A stretch of 64,000 bases of DNA from Tolypothrix carrinoi HA7290-LM1 (GCA_019358935.1 JAHHIK010000002.1:96001-160000), one strand, 5' to 3'. Shown: positions 39,134 through 50,503, numbered from the stretch's first letter. Notes: generated by a model from the letters alone, not told the origin. Numbers and translations: made by a program.

Positions 39134-41008
39134 ATGGCTCAACTTCTTACTCAAACTGCTTGGTTAATACCGTGCTATGCGTTAGTTGGCATGGTTTTGT
39201 CGGCGCTCTGGTTTCCGTCGATTACCCGTCGTACAGGACCCAGACCGGCAGGATATTTCAACTTAATTGTGACTTTAGTGGCATTTGTCCACAGTGTTTT
39301 GGCATTTTCTTATCTGTGGAATCAACCTGCTCAATATGAGTTTATCTCTTGGCTGCAAGTTGCAGGTTTAAATTTAACAATTCCTCTAGAAATCTCATCT
39401 ATCAGCTTGGGAGCCTGCATTTTGGTTACAGGGCTGAACTTGCTCGCACAACTTTATGCGATCGGTTATCTGGAGATGGATTGGGGTTGGGCACGCTTTT
39501 ATGTTCTCCTGGCAATGTTTGAAGCGGGGATGTGTAGCTTAGTTTTGTGCAATTCCCTGTTCTTCAGCTATATTGTCCTGGAAATCTTGACTTTAGGAAC
39601 TTACCTGCTGATTGGTTTCTGGTTCAATCAGTCTTTGGTGGTTACGGGAGCGCGGGATGCATTCCTCACCAAGCGCGTGGGTGACTTATTTCTCTTGATG
39701 GGTGTGTTAGCGCTTTATCCGCTAGCTGGTACTTGGGACTTTCGGGAGTTAGCACAGTGGGCAGAAACGGCTGAAGTTAATCCAACGGTGGCAGCGCTGG
39801 TAAGTTTGGCGCTGATTGCAGGACCGATGGGTAAATGCGCTCAGTTTCCGTTGCATCTGTGGTTGGATGAGGCGATGGAAGGTCCGATTCCCAGTACAAT
39901 ATTGCGGAATTCGGTGGTGGTAGCGACTGGAGCCTGGGTGCTGGTGAAACTAGAGCCTGTACTGGAACTTTCTCCGTGGGCAATGACAATGACGATCGCT
40001 ATCGGCGCAATTACTGCAATTGGTGGAGTCTTGATTGCGATCGCTCAAATTGATATTAAACGTACTCTCTCATATCTCGTCAGCGCTTACATGGGTCTTG
40101 TCTTCATAGCTGTTGGTAGTCAGCAAATCGAAGCGGGTCTGTTGATTGTACTAGCTCATGCTGTAGCAATGGCAACTTTGGTAGCTAGTTGCGGTTCAAT
40201 TATTCTCAACTGCATAACTCAGGATCTAACTCAATTAGGCGGGCTTTGGAAGCGTCGTCCAGTTACCGGACTTTCCTTTATTGCGGGTATCTTGGGGCTA
40301 ATTGCAATGCCTCCCCTTGGTGGATTCTGGGCGATGTTGAAACTAGCAGATGGGTTGTGGAATACTCAACCTTTATTAGTAGGGCTGGTACTGCTAATTA
40401 ACACTTTGACCGCGTTTAGCTTGGTTCGCGTATTCGGTCTGATTTTTGCCAATAAGCCGACGCAAATGACCGAGCGATCGCCTGAACCTTTGTGGGCTGT
40501 AACCCTACCCATGACAGCGTTGGCAGGCTTTACACTTCATATCCCGATGATTCTCCAAAGTTTGTCTCTTCTTCCCGAATGGGCGACATTGAATCAAGAT
40601 GTCGCATTGCTGCTTACTTGGTCTAGCATCTTTGGTTTAAGTCTTGGTGGCATTATATACTTGGGCAACGTCATAGCCAAACCGATTCGCTTGCCCTGGA
40701 AAGGTTTGCAGGATTTGTTTGCCTACGATTTTTATACACCAAATCTGTATCGCTCCAGTGTAGTTGGTGGTGTAGACATATTTTCGCGCATCGTTGATTG
40801 GGGCGATCGCTATCTCGTCGATGGATTGGTGAATCTTGTCGGACTTGCTTCGATATTCGGTGGTGAAGTCCTCAAATATGGCAACTCAGGCAAAACTCAA
40901 ACTTATGCCTTGACTATCGCCATCTGTATCAGTGCGATCGCCCTTTTTGTCATCCTCTCATTTGTGCCTGACTTAAAGCAAATTCTTCAGACTTTAATAT
41001 CACAATAG
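39134..41008 (+). CDS. ndhF3: NDH-1 subunit F3 (CO2-uptake complex)
   Basis: GKCAQFPLHLWLDEAMEGP motif; leads the ndhD3-cupA-cupS operon. Confidence 0.9.
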   Translation: MAQLLTQTAWLIPCYALVGMVLSALWFPSITRRTGPRPAGYFNLIVTLVAFVHSVLAFSYLWNQPAQYEFISWLQVAGLNLTIPLEISSISLGACILVTGLNLLAQLYAIGYLEMDWGWARFYVLLAMFEAGMCSLVLCNSLFFSYIVLEILTLGTYLLIGFWFNQSLVVTGARDAFLTKRVGDLFLLMGVLALYPLAGTWDFRELAQWAETAEVNPTVAALVSLALIAGPMGKCAQFPLHLWLDEAMEGPIPSTILRNSVVVATGAWVLVKLEPVLELSPWAMTMTIAIGAITAIGGVLIAIAQIDIKRTLSYLVSAYMGLVFIAVGSQQIEAGLLIVLAHAVAMATLVASCGSIILNCITQDLTQLGGLWKRRPVTGLSFIAGILGLIAMPPLGGFWAMLKLADGLWNTQPLLVGLVLLINTLTAFSLVRVFGLIFANKPTQMTERSPEPLWAVTLPMTALAGFTLHIPMILQSLSLLPEWATLNQDVALLLTWSSIFGLSLGGIIYLGNVIAKPIRLPWKGLQDLFAYDFYTPNLYRSSVVGGVDIFSRIVDWGDRYLVDGLVNLVGLASIFGGEVLKYGNSGKTQTYALTIAICISAIALFVILSFVPDLKQILQTLISQ

Positions 41009-41019
41009 ATTTCTCCCAA

Positions 41020-41141
41020 AATCTTCCCCCCCTCTCCCCCCCTCTCCCCCCCTTGTCCCCCTTGTCCCCCCTCTCCCCCTCTCCCCCTTGTCCCCCTTGT
41101 CCCCCTTGTCCCCCTTGTCCCCCTCTCCCCCTCCTCCTCCC
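41020..41141. repeat. C-rich tandem repeat (TCCCCCTTG / TCCCCCCTC units)
   Basis: Directly visible between ndhF3 and ndhD3. Confidence 0.9.
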
Positions 41142-41142
41142 T

Positions 41143-42651
41143 ATGCTAAGTACATTAATTTGGATACCAATGCTCGGTGCAGCCATTATCGGATGTCTGC
41201 CAAAAAACGTTTCCTCCCGGCAAATTCGCTTGAGCGCATTGTTAATTACAGGAGCAATGCTGTTGTGGACATTCTGGATAATGGCTCAGTTTGATATTAA
41301 TCAGCCAGGATTCCAACTTACAGAATACCTACCTTGGATTGAAACATTAGGATTAAATTACCAACTCGGAGTAGATGGTATCTCCTTGGTAATGGTTGCC
41401 TTGAATAGCTTAATTACTTGGATTGCTATTTACAGCAGCCACGAAGATACTCAGCGTCCGCGATTATTTTACTCGATGATTCTGCTGATTGCTGGTGGCG
41501 TTGCGGGTGCATTTGTTGCCCAAAACTTATTGCTGTTCTTTTTGTTCTACGAACTGGAGTTAGTCCCCTTCTATTTATTAATATCGATTTGGGGTGGTGA
41601 CAAGCGCAGTTATGCAGCAACAAAGTTTTTGCTCTACACCGCTCTTTCCGGAATCTTGATTTTAGCAGCATTCTTGGGTTTAGTTTGGTTAAGTCATGCA
41701 ACCAGCTTTGCTTACGAATCCTTGATGGGACAAATGTTACCCTTGGGATTGCAAATTATCCTGCTAAGTTTGCTGCTGGTAGGATTTGGCATCAAAATTC
41801 CCCTCGTACCATTGCATACTTGGCTACCCGATACTTATGTTGCAGCTTCCGCACCTGTAGCCATGTTGTTAGGGGGTGTGTTGGCGAAACTTGGTACTTA
41901 CGGTATTTTCCGGTTTGGCTTAGGACTTTTCCCCGAAGCTTGGGCAACATTGGCACCTTGGTTAGCAATTTGGGCAACTGTCAGTGTACTTTATGGAGCA
42001 GCAGCGGCGATCGCTCAAAAAGACATCAAGCGGATGGTAGCATATAGTTCAATCGGTCACATGGGCTACGTTTTGTTAGGAGGTGCAGCGCACACATCAT
42101 TAAGTTTAGTTGGTGCTGTTTCCCAAATGGTCGCCCACGGCTTAATTCTGGCAATTTTGTTTAACTTGGTGGGTGTAATTGAAGAGAAAATCGGCACCCG
42201 TGATTTAAATGTCCTGAATGGACTGCTAAACCCGATTCGCGGATTACCAAGCATCAGTGCCTTATTAATTCTTAGCGGCATGGCGAGTGCGGGTATTCCG
42301 GGTATGGCTGGATTTATCGCCGAATTTCTCGTATTTCAAGGCAGTTATGCAGAGTTTCCCATCCCAACTTTGTTATGTGTAGTGGGAACCGGTTTAACAG
42401 CAGTTTACTTCGTGATATTGCTCAATCGTACTTGTTTCGGCAAATTGGATAATGCGATCGCCAATTTCCCCAAAGTGAAAGCTAATGAAAGAATACCCGC
42501 CCTCATTTTAGCAACCTTAATTTTCATCCTGGGAGTACAACCCGCTTGGCTTGTCCGCTGGAGCGAACAGACAGTCACAACAATGGTATCAGCGATTCCC
42601 ACCGTAACTAACATCGCCCAAGACTTTCAGCGGCAACACTTCAAAGGCTAA
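41143..42651 (+). CDS. ndhD3: NDH-1 subunit D3
   Basis: MLSTLIWIP, KIPLVPLHTWLPD and AYSSIGHMG motifs; operon context. Confidence 0.9.
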   Translation: MLSTLIWIPMLGAAIIGCLPKNVSSRQIRLSALLITGAMLLWTFWIMAQFDINQPGFQLTEYLPWIETLGLNYQLGVDGISLVMVALNSLITWIAIYSSHEDTQRPRLFYSMILLIAGGVAGAFVAQNLLLFFLFYELELVPFYLLISIWGGDKRSYAATKFLLYTALSGILILAAFLGLVWLSHATSFAYESLMGQMLPLGLQIILLSLLLVGFGIKIPLVPLHTWLPDTYVAASAPVAMLLGGVLAKLGTYGIFRFGLGLFPEAWATLAPWLAIWATVSVLYGAAAAIAQKDIKRMVAYSSIGHMGYVLLGGAAHTSLSLVGAVSQMVAHGLILAILFNLVGVIEEKIGTRDLNVLNGLLNPIRGLPSISALLILSGMASAGIPGMAGFIAEFLVFQGSYAEFPIPTLLCVVGTGLTAVYFVILLNRTCFGKLDNAIANFPKVKANERIPALILATLIFILGVQPAWLVRWSEQTVTTMVSAIPTVTNIAQDFQRQHFKG

Positions 42652-42760
42652 AAAATTACTTTTTACGTATTTCGTAGTAAGCACGAAGAGTGCTTTCCAA
42701 AGTGCTAAACCCCTTACTACAACCCATAATAATCAATTTGGCAGACCCCTAACCCCTCCC

Positions 42761-44047
42761 ATGATCCAAACTCTAACCAAACTTCCCCCCTCTCAACATC
42801 AATTTTCCGAAGTAATTCACCGCTTAGAAGCAGGTGGTGCGATGCTTCCGGATACACCAGAAAACTTGATGCAAATCATCGGTATCTATAAAGCGTATGC
42901 GGTGCCGATGGACTTTTACTGGCGCGACTTACTTTATATTGCCGAACGAGTTTTTCTCGATCCTGTGCCCTTCTTCAAATACTTTCTGCCCAAAGAATAT
43001 TTAGAACTACACAATCATTACGCAGGTGATGATGCTGATATTCGCATCTGGCGGGGAGAAGCAACAGCGCATCCTGAGTTGTTGGAGTTTATGGAGAAGG
43101 GTGAGGTAAATAAAAAGCTGCCCAAACTATTACATCATCTTTGGCACGATCGCATCAATATGGAATTTGCCGAAGCTTGTATGCAAGCGATGCTTTGGCA
43201 TCGGGGTATGGGTGGACAATTTGACCCATATTTAGATACCGACGAGTATAAAGCAAATGCCGATCGCGCAATTAAAGCTTACTTCAAAAAAAATCCGGTC
43301 ATGTTGGGATTGTATAAAATGTTTCCGGATATGTTCATCGAGCAAGTGCGGCAACTATCTTACTACTCAAACCTCGGCTTATTTTGGGAAGTGATGGCGC
43401 CGGTATTCTTTGAGATGTCAGACCTTTACGATGAAGGTAAAATCACAAGTGTGCCGGAAGCGATGAATTTTTTGGTGAATGGAATTTTTGCGATCGCCGG
43501 ACGTCCAATTTATCATCATCTATATATTGACGGTGAATGCTACGAAATTATCCCGAAATCCAAAGGCTTTACCTGGTTGTATGAAGCCGCTTTGCCTTAC
43601 GTAGAAGCGGTATTTTATCGGACTGCACCTTTTAGAGGTACTAAATCTTATAACGCTCAAGCAAAGCAAGTACCTGAAGACCAAAAAGATTTCCACTTCG
43701 GCATTCTTTATGCAGACGTCTTTCCAGTCGGGACAGCGGGTATCCCACCTACACTGTTGATGCAAGATATGCTACATTTCTTGCCTGACTACTTGGTGGA
43801 CTACTATCAACAACACTGTCGCGGTGAAGATGACACGCTGATTCAGTTAGGAATTAGTTTTCAGCGATCGATGTATTGCGTCACATCAGCCGTAATTCAA
43901 GCATTACGCCAAGCATTACTTTATCCGTTAGATGACCCCAACCCAGAACATCTGATGGCAAATCGCCGATTTTTTGAGTCTCAATTAGACCGTTTCCAGC
44001 GTCCAGAAGCGAGATTGCGCGATGTTCAACGTCAAGATTATCGGTAA
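42761..44047 (+). CDS. cupA: CO2 hydration protein CupA (ChpY)
   Basis: HRLEAGGAMLPDTPENL, YRTAPFRGTKSYNAQA; 428 aa; followed by cupS. Confidence 0.92.
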   Translation: MIQTLTKLPPSQHQFSEVIHRLEAGGAMLPDTPENLMQIIGIYKAYAVPMDFYWRDLLYIAERVFLDPVPFFKYFLPKEYLELHNHYAGDDADIRIWRGEATAHPELLEFMEKGEVNKKLPKLLHHLWHDRINMEFAEACMQAMLWHRGMGGQFDPYLDTDEYKANADRAIKAYFKKNPVMLGLYKMFPDMFIEQVRQLSYYSNLGLFWEVMAPVFFEMSDLYDEGKITSVPEAMNFLVNGIFAIAGRPIYHHLYIDGECYEIIPKSKGFTWLYEAALPYVEAVFYRTAPFRGTKSYNAQAKQVPEDQKDFHFGILYADVFPVGTAGIPPTLLMQDMLHFLPDYLVDYYQQHCRGEDDTLIQLGISFQRSMYCVTSAVIQALRQALLYPLDDPNPEHLMANRRFFESQLDRFQRPEARLRDVQRQDYR

Positions 44048-44174
44048 ATGTTCAATCAATAAACACAACAGTCTAAGGGTATTGGCGAAATTTTTAGCCT
44101 GCGTAGGCAGGCTTTGCCCGTATAGCCCCACCCTTCCAGGGTGAGGGTGCCAAGTAAAACAGAGGTAAAATCAA

Positions 44175-44576
44175 ATGCCTGATATAGTTGATATTGCTGT
44201 AAGTGCCGATGGATTTACTACTCTTGTAGCTGCCGTGAAAGCTGCCGGATTAGTTGAAGTTTTGAAAAGTCCTGGTCCATTCACCGTTTTTGCACCCACC
44301 GATGATGCTTTTGCCAAACTTCCTCCCGGAACCGTTCACACCCTCGTCCAAAATCCGCCACAACTTGCGCGTATTCTCAAATACCACGTCGTACCCGGAA
44401 AGTTGATGCAAGCGGATTTGGCAAATGTTCATTCTCTAACTTCAGTCGAAGGTTCCGAAATCCGAATTAATATCTCTAATAACTTTGAAGTGAAGAATGC
44501 AACAGTGATTGCTGCGGATATCGAAGCAGACAACGGAGTGATTCATGTACTTGATAACGTCATCTTAATGGGATGA
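44175..44576 (+). CDS. cupS: Fasciclin-domain protein CupS
   Basis: [11 protein letters not shown] and [11 protein letters not shown] motifs; directly after cupA. Confidence 0.88.
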   Translation: MPDIVDIAVSADGFTTLVAAVKAAGLVEVLKSPGPFTVFAPTDDAFAKLPPGTVHTLVQNPPQLARILKYHVVPGKLMQADLANVHSLTSVEGSEIRINISNNFEVKNATVIAADIEADNGVIHVLDNVILMG

Positions 44577-44584
44577 GTTAATTA

Positions 44585-45160
44585 TCAATTCATTTCTGGC
44601 AAAACTACATCTTCATATATTGTGGCGATCGCACACCGAAAATCAACACTAGCTAGATGCACCTCTTCCCCTTTCTCATAAGGATAAAGCACCCAGCGTC
44701 CTTCTTCGTTGCGACGAAAGCATTCAACACTCATCGTATCTTGAGAAATCAGCACGTATTCTTGTAATGACTTCAAATGTCGGTAGTCCGTGAACTTCTT
44801 GCCTCTATCAAAACCTTCCGTACTACCAGACAGCACCTCTACAATCAAACAAGGAGAAGATTTAAAATATTCAAATTCTTTATCTTGTGTATCGCAAGTC
44901 ACCATTATATCAGGATAGTAATAGCGATTTATCGCTTGAATTTGCGCTTTCATATCTAGCATGTAAACGCGGCAACCACTACCCCGCAGGTGGTTTAGCA
45001 GCAGCATTGATAAATTCATGGTAATGGTAACATGGGCATCACTTGCTCCTGCCATTGCATAAACTTCCCCATCAATATACTCGTGCTTAATTTGACTTAC
45101 TTTCTCGCCTTCTAAATATTCTTCCGGGGATATGTAGTATTCGCGTTTGTTTGTAACCAT
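44585..45160 (-). CDS. Uma2-family endonuclease
   Basis: KHEYIDGEVYAMAG, YPDIMV, LIVEVLS and LQEYVLISQ motifs. Confidence 0.92.
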   Translation of the reverse strand: MVTNKREYYISPEEYLEGEKVSQIKHEYIDGEVYAMAGASDAHVTITMNLSMLLLNHLRGSGCRVYMLDMKAQIQAINRYYYPDIMVTCDTQDKEFEYFKSSPCLIVEVLSGSTEGFDRGKKFTDYRHLKSLQEYVLISQDTMSVECFRRNEEGRWVLYPYEKGEEVHLASVDFRCAIATIYEDVVLPEMN

Positions 45161-45205
45161 CTTCTTGCTGTAACTGGATAGCTATCTTCAAACATTCTAA
45201 CGCTG

Positions 45206-46792
45206 TTAATGTCCAACAGCGCCGCCAGTCGCCTTCACCTTTTTCAAGAAAATAATCGCAATTCCACTTAATAATAAAGCAATGCCAATAAAGTAGAAAC
45301 AATCGTTAAAAGCCATCACATACGCTTCTCTACGAACGATATTATCAATAGATTTTATCGCTTGGTCTTGCGCGGTACTTAAATCTGAACCACGACTCAC
45401 AAAATACTGCGTTAATTGGTTAATTCGCGCTTGAGTTTCCGGAGAAAATAAAGATACTGATTCTCCCAATCTATTCGAGTGAAATTGCTCTCTATTAGTT
45501 AATAAAGTTGCTAAAGATGCAATTCCAATCGAACCACCCATATTACGCATCATATTAAATAAACCACTTGCCGAACCCGCATCTTTGGGATTTAATCCAC
45601 CAGTAGCAATCGAGGTAAGCGGAACCATAATTAGCGGTTGTCCCATTGCCCGAACAAGTTGTGACCAAATTAATTGATCGTGTCCGGTTTGATAAGTCAT
45701 CCGCGAATTCATAAACGCACTAATAGAGAACAAAACCACACCGACAGCAACCATTAAGCGCACATCAACACGCTTCATAACTCTGGGGAGAAAGGGAATA
45801 ATCAGTAATTGCGGCATTCCCGCCCAAATTAACACTTCACCAATTTGCAGGGCGTTATATCTTTGAATTTGTGTTAGATACAGCGGCAAAATATAAATTG
45901 AACCATACAATCCTATACCCAGCGAAACATTAACAACACTAGCTAAACCAAAGTTACGATAACGTATAAGTCGCAGATTAATAAATGGTTGCTTGCGAGT
46001 TAATTCTATATAGAAAAATAGCGTGATAAAAATCGCTGCAATTATACTTAAGCGGACAATCAAAGGAGAACCAAACCAATCTTTGCGGCTACCTTCTTCT
46101 AAAACTATTTGTAGGGAACCTAACCCAATCGCCATCGAAAGAATTCCCCACCAATCACCTTGTTTTAGCAATTGTATTTGGGGTGGTTGTTGAGTAATGC
46201 CATACCAAACTCCAGCAAGCATCAATGCCCCTGGAACTACATTTATATAAAAGTTGTATTCCCAACCAAAGTTATCTGTTAACCAACCTCCTAATGTCGG
46301 ACCAACCGACGGTGCAAAAACTGCGGTAATGGCAAATGCAGCTAGTCCAACTGCTTGCTTTGCTGGGGGCAAAGTTGTCAATACAACTGTTAAAGCAGTA
46401 GGAATTAAAACCCCACCGCTCAAGCCTTGTAAAGCGCGGAAAAGAATCATAGAATTGAGATCCCACGCCCAAGCACAGCATATAGAAAAGAAGATAAATA
46501 AAGCTGTATTAACTAACAAATAGCGTTTGAGGGAAAATACCCGCGATAGCCATCCAGTTAAAGGAATTACTACAATTTCCGCCACCAAATAAGCAGTAGA
46601 AATCCAAGAACCTTCTTCTAAAGTTGCTCCCAAAGATGCTTGAATATCTTGTAGCGAAGCGTTGGTAATTTGAATATCCAGCACCGCCATGAATGCACCA
46701 AGCATACTCGCCATTACACCAATCCAGGTTCTCAGCGGTACATTATTAGAGGAAGTCTGATTGCCTTTGCCAACTGCATTTGTATTAGCCAC
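45206..46792 (-). CDS. DHA2/EmrB-family MFS efflux permease
   Basis: FMAVLDIQITNASL and APSVGPTLGGWLTD motifs; 14-TM pattern. Confidence 0.9.
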   Translation of the reverse strand: MANTNAVGKGNQTSSNNVPLRTWIGVMASMLGAFMAVLDIQITNASLQDIQASLGATLEEGSWISTAYLVAEIVVIPLTGWLSRVFSLKRYLLVNTALFIFFSICCAWAWDLNSMILFRALQGLSGGVLIPTALTVVLTTLPPAKQAVGLAAFAITAVFAPSVGPTLGGWLTDNFGWEYNFYINVVPGALMLAGVWYGITQQPPQIQLLKQGDWWGILSMAIGLGSLQIVLEEGSRKDWFGSPLIVRLSIIAAIFITLFFYIELTRKQPFINLRLIRYRNFGLASVVNVSLGIGLYGSIYILPLYLTQIQRYNALQIGEVLIWAGMPQLLIIPFLPRVMKRVDVRLMVAVGVVLFSISAFMNSRMTYQTGHDQLIWSQLVRAMGQPLIMVPLTSIATGGLNPKDAGSASGLFNMMRNMGGSIGIASLATLLTNREQFHSNRLGESVSLFSPETQARINQLTQYFVSRGSDLSTAQDQAIKSIDNIVRREAYVMAFNDCFYFIGIALLLSGIAIIFLKKVKATGGAVGH

Positions 46793-46983
46793 AGCGGTAC
46801 TCCAATTGAGAAAGTGGGGCGTTGAAATAGAAAGATATTTATATTTTCAAACTTGAGGCGATATTAGAAATGTACCTTAAGGAAGATGCTGTATCTCATA
46901 TTGATTATAAATATTATTTCACAGACATAAACGCAGATGCCTTTTATCTGCGTTCATCTGCGTGCATCTGCGGTTATTATTTC

Positions 46984-48261
46984 TTAACTTTTGCCACTGG
47001 TTAATATCCCCTTTTGTTCATAAATTGGGCGAATCGATCGCCTTAAAGTAGGTAACTTTCTCACAAAAAATATAGACCCCAAAATACAAGCTATTCCATC
47101 AATAATTAATGTATTGGTAGCGCCAATATGATTTGCTAAAAAACCTGCCAATAAGTTACCAAAGGGTATTGTACCCAAAAAAGACATTGTATATAAACTC
47201 ATGACTCGTCCGCGTTTGTCATCATCTACAATCGTTTGTAAAACTGTGTTTCCCGCAGCAATTTGTAGAATCGTTCCTAAACCGACAAACAACAATGAAA
47301 ATAAAGAAAGTGGTAAAAATCGTGAGAGAGAAAAACCAATCAGTCCACATCCTAAAATTGTCGGACCAAAAGCAATTAATCTACCAAGTCCTACTACTGT
47401 TTGCCGTGTAGCCAAATAAATTCCCCCAGATAATGCGCCGACTCCTGACGCAGCCATCAAAAAGCCTAGTGTATCTGCACCACCTTGCAAGATTTTTTCG
47501 GCAAAAATTGGCACAATAATTGTATATTGCATTCCCAGAAAACTGACTAAGGCTGATAAGATTAATATTGCCCGAATTGGCGCAAAGCCAAAAGCATAAT
47601 CGAATCCCTCTTTTACTTGTTTTAATGGATTGGCATTACTAACTTGATATTTATTTGATTTAATATTCATCGCCAGCAAAGCGGCAATTACCGCGATGTA
47701 GCTAAGACCATCAATTAAAAAACAGTAAGCTGCGCCAACTTGAGCAATTAGTAAACCACCAATCGCCGGACCAATTAATCGCGCACCATTGAACATTGTT
47801 GAGTTGATGGCGATCGCATTCGCTAAATCGTCTCTTCTCTCAATTAATTCTGGCACAAATGCTTGTCGCGCCGGCGCATCTACAGCATTAATAAATCCTT
47901 GCAACAAACTTAAAGCGATGATGTGCCAAATCTGAATTACGTCAGTTAATGCTAACACCGCGAGCGTTAATGATTGAATCATCGCCAAGATTTGTGTACC
48001 AATTAAAATCCGATGGCGAGAAAAACGATCCACAAAAACGCCACCAAAGGGAGCAAGAAAAAAGCTAGGAATTTGACTGGTAAATCCCACAATTCCTAGC
48101 ATGACAGGTGAATTTGTTAAGTCATAAACTAACCAAATCGTGGCTAATTGCGTCATCCACGAGCCAATTAAAGATATACCTTGTCCGATAAAAAATAAAC
48201 GGTAGTTTCTTGACCTAAATGCCGATATTCTCGGCTTTTTTTCAGTTGCTTGTGTGTTCAT
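46984..48261 (-). CDS. MFS transporter
   Basis: NYRLFFIGQGISLIGSWM, DAPARQAF and FNGARLIGPAIGG motifs. Confidence 0.9.
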   Translation of the reverse strand: MNTQATEKKPRISAFRSRNYRLFFIGQGISLIGSWMTQLATIWLVYDLTNSPVMLGIVGFTSQIPSFFLAPFGGVFVDRFSRHRILIGTQILAMIQSLTLAVLALTDVIQIWHIIALSLLQGFINAVDAPARQAFVPELIERRDDLANAIAINSTMFNGARLIGPAIGGLLIAQVGAAYCFLIDGLSYIAVIAALLAMNIKSNKYQVSNANPLKQVKEGFDYAFGFAPIRAILILSALVSFLGMQYTIIVPIFAEKILQGGADTLGFLMAASGVGALSGGIYLATRQTVVGLGRLIAFGPTILGCGLIGFSLSRFLPLSLFSLLFVGLGTILQIAAGNTVLQTIVDDDKRGRVMSLYTMSFLGTIPFGNLLAGFLANHIGATNTLIIDGIACILGSIFFVRKLPTLRRSIRPIYEQKGILTSGKS

Positions 48262-48365
48262 TAAAGGTTTAGTTTATACCAATACGCTTTCCATAAATAT
48301 CACCTAACTTGACTTGAAACGCCTCTCCACAGGTGGAAAGATGTTTTCATTCGGCAATATTGGTA

Positions 48366-49862
48366 TTATTTGACTTCTACCGCAACTTCCGCAGACATCC
48401 CAGGTGTAATCCGTGCTTCGTAACCTTTGATGCTTTCTTTGTCAAAAACAACTTTTACAGGAATGCGCTGCACAATTTTGGTAAAGTTACCTGTAGCGTT
48501 ATCCGGTGGCAATAAGGCAAACTGAGCGCCGGAAGCTGGCGAAATACTGTCAACACGTCCCTCAAAGGTGTGGTGAGGAAATGCATCCAGCTTGATTTCT
48601 ACTGGTTCTCCTGGCTTCATTTTTTCTAACTGGGTTTCTTTGAAGTTGGCAACTACCCAGTAATCGTTATTGACGATCGCCATCATCGGTGTTCCTACTT
48701 GCACGCGATTACCAACTTCGACGTTTTTCCTACCCACACGTCCACCTGCCGGCGCGGTGATGTTGGTGTAGGATAATTGCAATTGCGCGTCTTTTAATGT
48801 CGCTTCCGCTTGAGAAATTGACGCTTTTGCCGCTTCGTACTGTCCGCGATTTACTGCTGTTTGCTGTCCGCCGGCGGTAGCTTGTTGCAGTCCTCCCTTA
48901 GATGCTGCTAGTTTCGCTTGAGCGCTGGTTACGCCTTCTTGCGCTTGTGCTAATTTTGACTGCGCTCTCGCTACACCAACTCTCGCAGAAGCTAACCGCG
49001 CTTGTGCTTGTTGTACTCCCTGAACGGCAGCATTTTTTTGCGCTACATTCACATTATAAGTTGATGTGGCTGTTTCAAGTTGTTGGCGAGAAATTGCACC
49101 TTGTTGAAATAAAGTCTTGTAACGGTTGTAATCAGCTTGCGCTCTTTGTAAGTTAGCATCAGCTTGGGCTACTTGCGCTTGCGCTGCGGGAATTCCCGCT
49201 TCGGCTAATTTCACGTCAGCTTGCGCGGCTGGTATTCCGGCTTGTGCTTCTTGTACTGCTGCTTTTGCTGTGGAAATCGCAGCTAATGCACCGCTAACAT
49301 CGCCTTGTGCTTGATTTGTCTTCGCAGAGGTAGTTTGTGAGGCTAAAGCAATATTCGCTTGGGCTGCTTGTGCTTGACGCTGTGCGGCTGAAAGTGCTGC
49401 TTGTGCTTGCTGTACTTTATTTTGATAGTCGCGTTCATCGAGTTTTATCAGCAACTGTCCCTGTTGTACTAGTTGGTTATCGTTTACCAACACTTGGCTA
49501 ACAGTTCCGGGAATCTTGCTGCTAACTTGGTTAATGTGTCCAGCTACTGTAGCGTTGTCTGTTTCTTGGTGAGTAGAAGCGTATTCCCAGTAGCGATAAC
49601 CAAATCCACCTGCTGCGATCGCACCTACTCCCAATGCTGCCAAAATTATCCCAATCGGTTTTTTCCGCTTCGGTGCAGCCTTCTTTTGCTCAAGAGAAGG
49701 CGTCTCTGGCTGGGTATTTTCTTTTTCTACTGGCACATCTACTGGTGCAGACTTCTCTATGGTACGAGCTTTTAATGTTTCTAAGTCCACAATTAGCTCT
49801 TTGTCCAAAACCGCTGAAGAGTGTCCGTTACGTTCATTTAAAGTTGTATTGCTGCGTTCCAT
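48366..49862 (-). CDS. HlyD/EmrA-family efflux adaptor
   Basis: TM anchor, ETDNATV, long helical hairpin, FALLPPDNATGNFTKIVQRIPV. Confidence 0.92.
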   Translation of the reverse strand: MERSNTTLNERNGHSSAVLDKELIVDLETLKARTIEKSAPVDVPVEKENTQPETPSLEQKKAAPKRKKPIGIILAALGVGAIAAGGFGYRYWEYASTHQETDNATVAGHINQVSSKIPGTVSQVLVNDNQLVQQGQLLIKLDERDYQNKVQQAQAALSAAQRQAQAAQANIALASQTTSAKTNQAQGDVSGALAAISTAKAAVQEAQAGIPAAQADVKLAEAGIPAAQAQVAQADANLQRAQADYNRYKTLFQQGAISRQQLETATSTYNVNVAQKNAAVQGVQQAQARLASARVGVARAQSKLAQAQEGVTSAQAKLAASKGGLQQATAGGQQTAVNRGQYEAAKASISQAEATLKDAQLQLSYTNITAPAGGRVGRKNVEVGNRVQVGTPMMAIVNNDYWVVANFKETQLEKMKPGEPVEIKLDAFPHHTFEGRVDSISPASGAQFALLPPDNATGNFTKIVQRIPVKVVFDKESIKGYEARITPGMSAEVAVEVK

Positions 49863-49907
49863 AATTCTTAAGTCCCCCGATAGATGATTTAATTAACAAA
49901 AATTTAT

Positions 49908-49969
49908 TTAGCAGGCGTAATATTTAAATGCAAATATTTATATATTTTTTCCTTAGCATACGTAATATT
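49908..49969. promoter_or_regulatory. Two putative MarR operators upstream of the emrA-like gene
   Basis: TTAGCAGGCGTAATATT (49908-49924) and TTAGCATACGTAATATT (49953-49969). Confidence 0.7.
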
Positions 49970-50023
49970 TTGGCAAATAAATATGAACAGTGCTTCAGTC
50001 AATCGGGTGATTATGGCATATTC

Positions 50024-50491
50024 TTAAGACAGATTAGCGATCGCTCGATTGAGAAGTTGGGAAAACTGCTCGCGTTCAGAGTGGGAAATGCCACACATCG
50101 CTTCTTCACGCAAGTCGGCTGCAATTGGAGGTAAGACCGTTTCCAGTTGCGATCCTGCATCTGTGAGCCAAATGCGCCAAATGCGGCGATCGGACAAATC
50201 GCGTTCTCGACGAATTAAGCCGCGTTCTTCCATGCGATCGAGTACTCCCGTTAACGTACCTCCCACTTGTTGGAGTTTTTCGCCAATGGAGGAAGTAGGT
50301 AAACCGTCTTCAAGCCACAAACAGCATAAAACCAACCAGTGAAATGGCGTTAGTCCAAAGGGTTCTAACCGCTCAGTAAACTTGCGGGTGAGAAGTTGTG
50401 ATAACAATTTAACTCTGTAGCCAACATTATACGGTGCGAGAACTTCTTGCCAAGAGTCCACAGCTTGTAAATTCTTTGATGTAGAAATCAT
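50024..50491 (-). CDS. MarR-family transcriptional regulator
   Basis: GLTPFHW, LTGVLDRMEERGLIRR and DRRIWRIWLTDAG motifs. Confidence 0.93.
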   Translation of the reverse strand: MISTSKNLQAVDSWQEVLAPYNVGYRVKLLSQLLTRKFTERLEPFGLTPFHWLVLCCLWLEDGLPTSSIGEKLQQVGGTLTGVLDRMEERGLIRRERDLSDRRIWRIWLTDAGSQLETVLPPIAADLREEAMCGISHSEREQFSQLLNRAIANLS

Positions 50492-50503
50492 TTTGGGATT
50501 TCC

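Noticed and set aside
41053..41142. Pro/Cys-rich N-terminus of NdhD3 (and similar ORFs at 50519-50817 and 62100-62420)
   Set aside because: Artefacts of simple C/G-rich repeats
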